Shown in pieces: positions 1 through 3,713 of a stretch of 3,713 bases of DNA. Numbering within the stretch: position 1 is the first letter of the stretch; each line of letters starts with the position of its first letter. The notes under the pieces are model-generated. The model saw nothing but the letters and a program-made list of their open reading frames with translations. It made no database searches and was not told the origin of the DNA. This stretch comes from a virus. Lineage: Duplodnaviria > Heunggongvirae > Uroviricota > Caudoviricetes. The DNA is taken from IMG/VR virus record IMGVR_UViG_2526164632_000034. One strand, given 5' to 3'. Made by a program: the position numbers and the translations under genes.

Positions 1-1002
1 TTACCCTCTATTGTCAAAAGGGTTCAATTCAACAGCAGCCTCTAAATGACCTGGAGCAAAATGCGCATAACGCATAGTCATTTTTATATCGCTATGCCCC
101 AGTATTTTTTGCAACACAAGAATATTTCCGCCCCGCATCATAAAATGACTGGCAAACGTGTGACGTAGCACATGAGTTAATTGCCCATCAGGAAGCTCGA
201 TCTTCGCTCTCTTAATTGCAGCGTCAAAAGCCTCATAACATGGTGAAAATAGCGCTCCTCGTTTTTTAGGAAGCATAGCCTGCAATTGAGGTGAAATCGG
301 TACAGTGCGGTTCTTCTTTCCTTTAGTTTTAACAAATGTGATTCGACCGGGCAGTACTTGAGATTGCTTTAATCCTTCTGCTTCACTCCACCGAGCACCA
401 GTCGCAAGCCCAATACGGACAACAACCCCCAAATCTTTATTCCGTGACTCATCACACGCAATCAGAAGGCGTTCAATCTCATCTACATACAGAAACGCCA
501 GTTCCTTTTCTTCCTCACGAAACTTGCGAATACCAGTCAGGGGGTTTTCACCAGACCACTCCCCAAGGCGCTTCAGTTCGGCAAAAACAGCATGTAGATA
601 TGACTGCTCGCGATTAACGGTTGCTTCACTAAGTTTTTTCTTCCCCTTGGGATTCCATTCTCCTGATAGCCTTCTTTCCCGATAAGTAGCAAACATATTT
701 TTGTCAAACTGCGAAGCAAATGGATCTCCCAGCCTGGAACAAATCGCCTCAAGTTTGACTTTGCGCTCTGCACCAGAGGACAAGGTTTTACCGTACATCT
801 CAAACCAACGAGCAATCAACTCAGAAAGACGAGGACCAGAACCATCTTGAAACTCGTCTCCAACTCTACTATTCATTAAACGGCGCTCATAAGAGAGCGC
901 CTCACTTTTTGTCGCAAACTGTTTACGAATGCGTTTTCCCGATGCCCCGTAGGGATAACATTCGCAAAGCCATTTACCTGATGGAATCTTACGAACCGAC
1001 AT
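1..1002 (-). CDS. int: P2-family prophage tyrosine integrase (site-specific recombinase), 333 aa
   Basis: Full-length ORF with stop at 1..3. N-terminus (GKRIRKQF..KSEA) and catalytic-domain blocks (LATGARWSEA, RITFVKTKGKKNRTVPIS, HVLRHTFASHFMMRGGNILVLQKILGHSDIKMTMRYAHFAP) match my recollection of phage P2 Int nearly block for block, including the R..H-x-x-R..Y catalytic residues. The start codon lies 5 nt after the upstream stop with no Shine-Dalgarno. Confidence 0.9.
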   Translation of the reverse strand: MSVRKIPSGKWLCECYPYGASGKRIRKQFATKSEALSYERRLMNSRVGDEFQDGSGPRLSELIARWFEMYGKTLSSGAERKVKLEAICSRLGDPFASQFDKNMFATYRERRLSGEWNPKGKKKLSEATVNREQSYLHAVFAELKRLGEWSGENPLTGIRKFREEEKELAFLYVDEIERLLIACDESRNKDLGVVVRIGLATGARWSEAEGLKQSQVLPGRITFVKTKGKKNRTVPISPQLQAMLPKKRGALFSPCYEAFDAAIKRAKIELPDGQLTHVLRHTFASHFMMRGGNILVLQKILGHSDIKMTMRYAHFAPGHLEAAVELNPFDNRG

Positions 1003-1007
1003 TTTAG

Positions 1008-1355
1008 TTACTTATCACATAAATCAAATGCAGCCTTAGTGACATCCCCCAGACTCTTTTTTAACCCTGGGGCGGCATCATTATCTAGCCAAAATGGATT
1101 ATTGTTATCTAACGGTAACGCACCAAATGTTTTACCTTTTATTCGAGCCAAACCTGTAAGTGCATATAACTTATTATCGTCAAAATTCATTACATAAGGA
1201 TTACCATCAAGACACTGTAATTGAACCTCATCAGTATTAAATGGCCACACCCCATTGAAACTCTCACGTTCAATGGTTTTAAAAGGCATTGCGACGGCGG
1301 AAAAAGAAAACATAGATAAAAAAGTAACTAATAGTTGAACCTTTTTAACTTTCAT
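1008..1355 (-). CDS. Secreted (periplasmic) YebY/DUF2511-like protein, 115 aa
   Basis: N-terminal signal peptide MKVKKVQLLVTFLSMFSFSAVA with an AxA signal peptidase I site and no lipobox cysteine. Two Cys (QLQC and FDLCDK at the extreme C-terminus) suggest a periplasmic disulfide. The blocks WPFNTDEVQLQC, GNPYVMN and C-terminal LC resemble E. coli YebY as I remember it. Good SD (GAGGT, about 6 nt spacer). Hand counts of two 60-nt samples give about 32-38% GC, lower than neighbouring genes. Confidence 0.6.
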   Translation of the reverse strand: MKVKKVQLLVTFLSMFSFSAVAMPFKTIERESFNGVWPFNTDEVQLQCLDGNPYVMNFDDNKLYALTGLARIKGKTFGALPLDNNNPFWLDNDAAPGLKKSLGDVTKAAFDLCDK

Positions 1356-1384
1356 ATCATTACCTCAATTTAGCTCAAGTAAGA

Positions 1385-2035
1385 TTACAAATTAAAAAAC
1401 GCTCTAGAAATGACACCGCCTACCAAACCCCCTACGCAGATAAAGAATATTATTTCTTTTGGATAAAGTCGGATTAATTCTGAAGCACGAAGTCGGACTT
1501 CTGGTAAGGTCGAACTCTCTGTGTGGCTTGATGCCGATTGTTGCTCTAACCACGACAATGCAGACTGTAACTGAGAACGAGTAAGATCGTTTAAACGTCC
1601 TGTACCGAAATTGATATGGCAATACCGCAGAAGTTTTTGTCGAAGTCCACAGTCTTCACTGTTACGTAGTAATAAACTTACAAGAGCCTTACAGGCATCA
1701 TGATCTTTACATCGCTCAAGCATTGCATGCAGAAAACTCTCCGCTGTTTTATATTGATTTACTGTCATATCATCAATACCAGCTACACCAATCTCCGCAT
1801 GTACTTTTTGCCAAATAATAAACGCTTCAGTATTGCTAGCTTCTGCAATAGCAGCAACCAAGCTATTTAGCTCCTTACGCTGAGCCTTAAGCAAAGGGCG
1901 ATCGTCATCATCATTATTCGAAGGGATTGCGATATTGACGGTATGAGAACCATCATATCGCTCTATCTGAATATTCTTTTCGTGAAAATCACGCCCAGCA
2001 ACGCGATTGTTTGAACCGTTTGAGTTGACGGCCAT
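1385..2035 (-). CDS. Tail-anchored membrane protein of unknown function, 216 aa; candidate effector of an accessory/defence module
   Basis: Strong SD (GGGAGGTG) just upstream of the ATG, 15 nt after the upstream stop. About 190 aa of soluble domain (poly-Asp stretch NNDDDD, helical-looking middle) is followed by one hydrophobic segment at the extreme C-terminus (EIIFFICVGGLVGGVISRAFFNL). The N-terminus carries the motif NNRVAGRDF shared with the upstream regulator. I recognise no family. Confidence 0.75.
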   Translation of the reverse strand: MAVNSNGSNNRVAGRDFHEKNIQIERYDGSHTVNIAIPSNNDDDDRPLLKAQRKELNSLVAAIAEASNTEAFIIWQKVHAEIGVAGIDDMTVNQYKTAESFLHAMLERCKDHDACKALVSLLLRNSEDCGLRQKLLRYCHINFGTGRLNDLTRSQLQSALSWLEQQSASSHTESSTLPEVRLRASELIRLYPKEIIFFICVGGLVGGVISRAFFNL

Positions 2036-2050
2036 GTCACCTCCCTACTA

Positions 2051-2455
2051 TCACCTGCCCTTAGTTTCGTTATAGTCACGACCAGCGATACGGTTATTAC
2101 CACCAGAAATATTTAACTCACGTCCTGATGGCTGAGTTTCCTTTTCACTGATCGCACCTTTTAAAGCCCCAATCACCGCGTTTTTCACATCTAACGAAGC
2201 TGCTCGAAAGCGAGTAATCAACTCCTGCTCATCATCGTTATAAGTTTCAGGTGAGTGAATTCCCAACACAACATACTGAACATCAAGGCCAAAACGAGAC
2301 AGCGCTGCCAAATACGCAGCATCAGGAAAGCTATCTCCTTTCTCATATCTAAGCTGAGTTAGCTTTTTGACTCCACCAATGTCGCTCATGGCAACTTGAC
2401 TAAGTCCCAATCTTTCCCTTTCCTCACGCAACCGCTGACCAATATCATTTTTCAT
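2051..2455 (-). CDS. XRE-family (Cro/CI-type) helix-turn-helix transcriptional regulator, 134 aa; candidate prophage repressor or module regulator
   Basis: N-terminal region GQRLREERERLGLSQVAMSDIGGVKKLTQLRYEKGDSFPDAAYLAALSRFGLDVQYVVLG is a textbook HTH_XRE fold pattern. It is transcribed divergently from the rightward small-gene operon, as in P2 C/cox or 186 cI/apl switches. The C-terminal tail carries NNRIAGRDY. No peptidase S24 domain is apparent. Confidence 0.8.
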   Translation of the reverse strand: MKNDIGQRLREERERLGLSQVAMSDIGGVKKLTQLRYEKGDSFPDAAYLAALSRFGLDVQYVVLGIHSPETYNDDEQELITRFRAASLDVKNAVIGALKGAISEKETQPSGRELNISGGNNRIAGRDYNETKGR

Positions 2456-2464
2456 ACAAAAACC

Positions 2465-2493
2465 TTGACAGGTATCTTTTTTGATACCAAAAT
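2465..2493 (+). promoter_or_regulatory. Candidate rightward (early/lytic-type) sigma70 promoter
   Basis: Perfect -35 consensus TTGACA at 2465..2470, with a weaker -10-like CAAAAT about 17 nt downstream (2488..2493). It sits in the 75-bp divergent intergenic region upstream of the 68-aa ORF, which itself has no SD. Confidence 0.35.
2471..2488. promoter_or_regulatory. Candidate operator: perfect inverted repeat GGTATC-TTTTTT-GATACC
   Basis: A 6-bp perfect palindrome with 6-bp T-rich spacer lies in the spacer of the putative rightward promoter. Further GATACC/TATACC half-site-like copies occur at 2522..2527 and 2549..2554. Confidence 0.4.
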
Positions 2494-2530
2494 GATTTCA
2501 CGAGCTATTAGATGATCACAATATACCACT

Positions 2531-2737
2531 ATGAAACAAGTTCTTCACGATACCAGATCACGCATTCCGCGTAACACCGCCACAGGTCCAAGACTGGCAC
2601 TTCGGCTGTCCCTCGAGGAGCGAGCCGTCATTGATGAAATGGCAGCTAAAGAACAACGCTCATCCTCTAACATGGCGCGCATGATCTTCCTTCGCGGCCT
2701 AGAACTAACCCAGAAAGAACAAAACAAATCTTCCTGA
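2531..2737 (+). CDS. Small ribbon-helix-helix-like DNA-binding protein (Arc/Mnt/CopG-like), 68 aa
   Basis: LALRLSLEERAVIDEMAAKEQRSSSNMARMIFLRGLE fits the RHH beta-strand, helix A, helix B pattern (R-L-[ST]-x-E-E ... [ST]-x-[ST]-x-x-x-R). It is the first gene after the divergent promoter. There is no SD and an antisense ORF overlaps, so the call is moderate. Confidence 0.5.
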   Translation: MKQVLHDTRSRIPRNTATGPRLALRLSLEERAVIDEMAAKEQRSSSNMARMIFLRGLELTQKEQNKSS

Positions 2738-2753
2738 TCAAGAGGCTAGTGGG

Positions 2754-2957
2754 ATGTCAGGTATAACCATCAATATCAATGTGAATGCCCCCTATGTATC
2801 CCTGCAGAAATATGCAGAGATAACAGGTATCCCTCTTAATACATGCAAAAAGATGTTGGCTGACGGTCGAATTATTATCCGCCCCAAACGCGCCAAAATG
2901 GAAAAGCCTGAAGTAAACCTTGTGGCGATGTTAAAAGACGCTTTGACTAACAGCTAA
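2754..2957 (+). CDS. Cox/excisionase-like small HTH DNA-binding protein, 67 aa
   Basis: SD AAGAGG about 9 nt upstream. The segment PYVSLQKYAEITGIPLNTCKKMLADGRIIIR has the same arrangement as the P2 Cox N-terminal DNA-binding segment as I recall it (P-Y-x-x-F/Y-A-x-x-x-G-x-x-x-x-x-x-R/K-M-x-x-x-G-x-x-x-I), and it sits where P2-type Cox would. Confidence 0.55.
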   Translation: MSGITININVNAPYVSLQKYAEITGIPLNTCKKMLADGRIIIRPKRAKMEKPEVNLVAMLKDALTNS

Positions 2958-2978
2958 AACAATGAACAGAGCACCATC

Positions 2979-3329
2979 ATGAAAAAAAACGCTAATAATC
3001 CATACTCCAAATTTCGTAATGGCGTAGAACGCCATGTACACCACGTCGCTACCAGTGCATCACGTAGTAACAGTCGCTATAACCTGAACGAGACGCACGC
3101 AACACCGGATGGCCACGCTGTAAAACAAATCGGCGAGCATGCCTGGCTGATTGAGAAAGCTGGAATCGTGGTCCACAAATGCCCACGCAATCCGTTTACC
3201 GGAAACCGCATTTTTGCTCTAAGCAGTGGCGACAATCAGTTCGGGCAGGATTTCACATTATACGAAGCACTTCGCACGGTTGATCGTCTGCTTCGCGGGC
3301 AAAGTTTTATTAAACAGGCTGATTTATAA
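2979..3329 (+). CDS. Hypothetical protein, 116 aa (prophage early-region gene of unknown function)
   Basis: Intact ORF with a weak RBS, same strand and tightly spaced after the Cox-like gene. No family recognised from the translation. Confidence 0.5.
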   Translation: MKKNANNPYSKFRNGVERHVHHVATSASRSNSRYNLNETHATPDGHAVKQIGEHAWLIEKAGIVVHKCPRNPFTGNRIFALSSGDNQFGQDFTLYEALRTVDRLLRGQSFIKQADL

Positions 3330-3339
3330 CAGGTGCTTT

Positions 3340-3355
3340 ATGACCAAAGACCATG
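3340..3355 (+). pseudogene. Possible 5-prime stub of a prophage gene truncated by the IS2 insertion
   Basis: AGGTG SD-like sequence at 3332..3336 followed by ATG at 3340 and five codons (MTKDH) that run directly into the IS2 terminal repeat at 3356. The reading frame continues into IS2 and stops after about 21 codons. Confidence 0.25.
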
Positions 3356-3396
3356 TAGACTGGCCCCCTGAATCTCCAGACAACCAGTATCACTTA
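3356..3396. repeat. IS2 terminal inverted repeat (orfA-proximal end), about 41 bp
   Basis: Begins with the characteristic TAGACTGGCCCC...CCAGACA...TATCACTTAA end sequence. The exact inner boundary is approximate without the partner end. Confidence 0.65.
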
Positions 3397-3446
3397 AATA
3401 AGTGATAGTCTTAATACTAGTTTTTAGACTAGTCATTGGAGAACAG

Positions 3447-3713
3447 ATGATTGATGTCTTAGGGCCGGAGAAACGCAGACGGCGTACCACACAGGAAAAG
3501 ATCGCAATTGTTCAGCAGAGCTTTGAACCGGGGATGACGGTCTCTCTCGTTGCCCGGCAACATGGTGTAGCAGCCAGCCAGTTATTTCTCTGGCGTAAGC
3601 AATACCAGGAAGGAAGTCTTACCGCTGTCGCCGCCGGAGAACAGGTTGTTCCTGCCTCTGAACTTGTTGCCGCCATGAAGCAGATTAAAGAACTCCAGCG
3701 CCTGCTCGGCAAG
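3447..3713 (+). CDS. insC: IS2 transposase OrfA (InsC), 3-prime partial (first 89 codons)
   Basis: Translation [86 protein letters not shown] is essentially the E. coli IS2 InsC sequence. The frame is open to the last base of the window. Confidence 0.92.
   Translation, partial: MIDVLGPEKRRRRTTQEKIAIVQQSFEPGMTVSLVARQHGVAASQLFLWRKQYQEGSLTAVAAGEQVVPASELVAAMKQIKELQRLLGK

Larger units (their letters stand above)
3356..3713 (+). mobile_element. IS2 (IS3 family) insertion sequence, left end, partial (continues past the window)
   Basis: Sequence from 3356 (TAGACTGGCCCCCTGAATCTCCAGACAACC...) matches the IS2 end as I know it from E. coli K-12, followed at the expected distance by the IS2 orfA start CAGATGATTGATGTC. 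Confidence 0.9.

Noticed and set aside
1-60. Phage attachment site or tRNA gene at the integrase end
   Set aside because: The window starts exactly at the integrase stop codon, so any att or tRNA sequence downstream of int lies outside the window.
573-815. 80-aa ORF on the minus strand inside the integrase gene
   Set aside because: Entirely embedded in the integrase CDS in another frame. No independent RBS evidence, and the translation has no recognisable features.
1404-1622. 72-aa ORF on the minus strand inside the 216-aa gene
   Set aside because: Out-of-frame overlap with a gene that has a strong SD and a coherent domain layout. Most likely a chance ORF.
2036-2053. The 134-aa and 216-aa ORFs as one frameshifted gene, suggested by the shared motif at their junction
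   Set aside because: The upstream ORF ends at a clean TGA followed by in-frame TAG TAG, and the downstream ORF has its own strong SD and ATG. The motif copies are diverged mainly at synonymous sites, which fits two functional genes.
2471-2488. GGTATC-T6-GATACC hairpin as a rho-independent terminator
   Set aside because: There is no U-tract immediately after the stem on either strand, and it lies inside the divergent promoter region upstream of both genes. An operator is the better explanation.
2545-2727. 60-aa antisense ORF overlapping the 68-aa RHH-like gene
   Set aside because: It has an AGGAAG-like sequence before its ATG, but the product is an Arg/Ser-rich low-complexity peptide. The plus-strand ORF shows a recognisable RHH pattern and fits the operon, so it is kept as the lower-probability alternative only.
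2962-2982. Short ORF starting at ATG 2962 (MNRAPS) upstream of the 116-aa gene
   Set aside because: Six codons, out of frame with the 116-aa gene and without an SD. Most likely chance.
3512-3712. 66-aa antisense ORF inside IS2 insC
   Set aside because: Antisense to a well-known transposase orfA; IS2 is not known to encode a gene there.

Overview
This window looks like the integrase-proximal end of a P2-family prophage, cut on its right side by an IS2 insertion. On the minus strand four genes form an apparent leftward operon: an XRE-family HTH regulator (2455..2051), a 216-aa tail-anchored membrane protein (2035..1385), a signal-peptide-bearing YebY/DUF2511-like protein (1355..1008) and a P2-type tyrosine integrase (1002..1). 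A 75-bp divergent control region (2456..2530) carries a consensus TTGACA -35 and a perfect GGTATC-N6-GATACC palindrome. It separates that operon from three small rightward genes: a ribbon-helix-helix-like 68-aa protein, a Cox-like 67-aa HTH protein and a 116-aa unknown. IS2 begins at 3356 and its orfA (insC) runs off the window end. The candidate novel system is the two-gene insert between the repressor-like gene and int. Its most striking feature is a peptide motif, NNR[IV]AGRD[YF], shared by the C-terminus of the HTH regulator and the N-terminus of the membrane protein. All homology calls are from reading the translations and from memory of family motifs; no database search was run.
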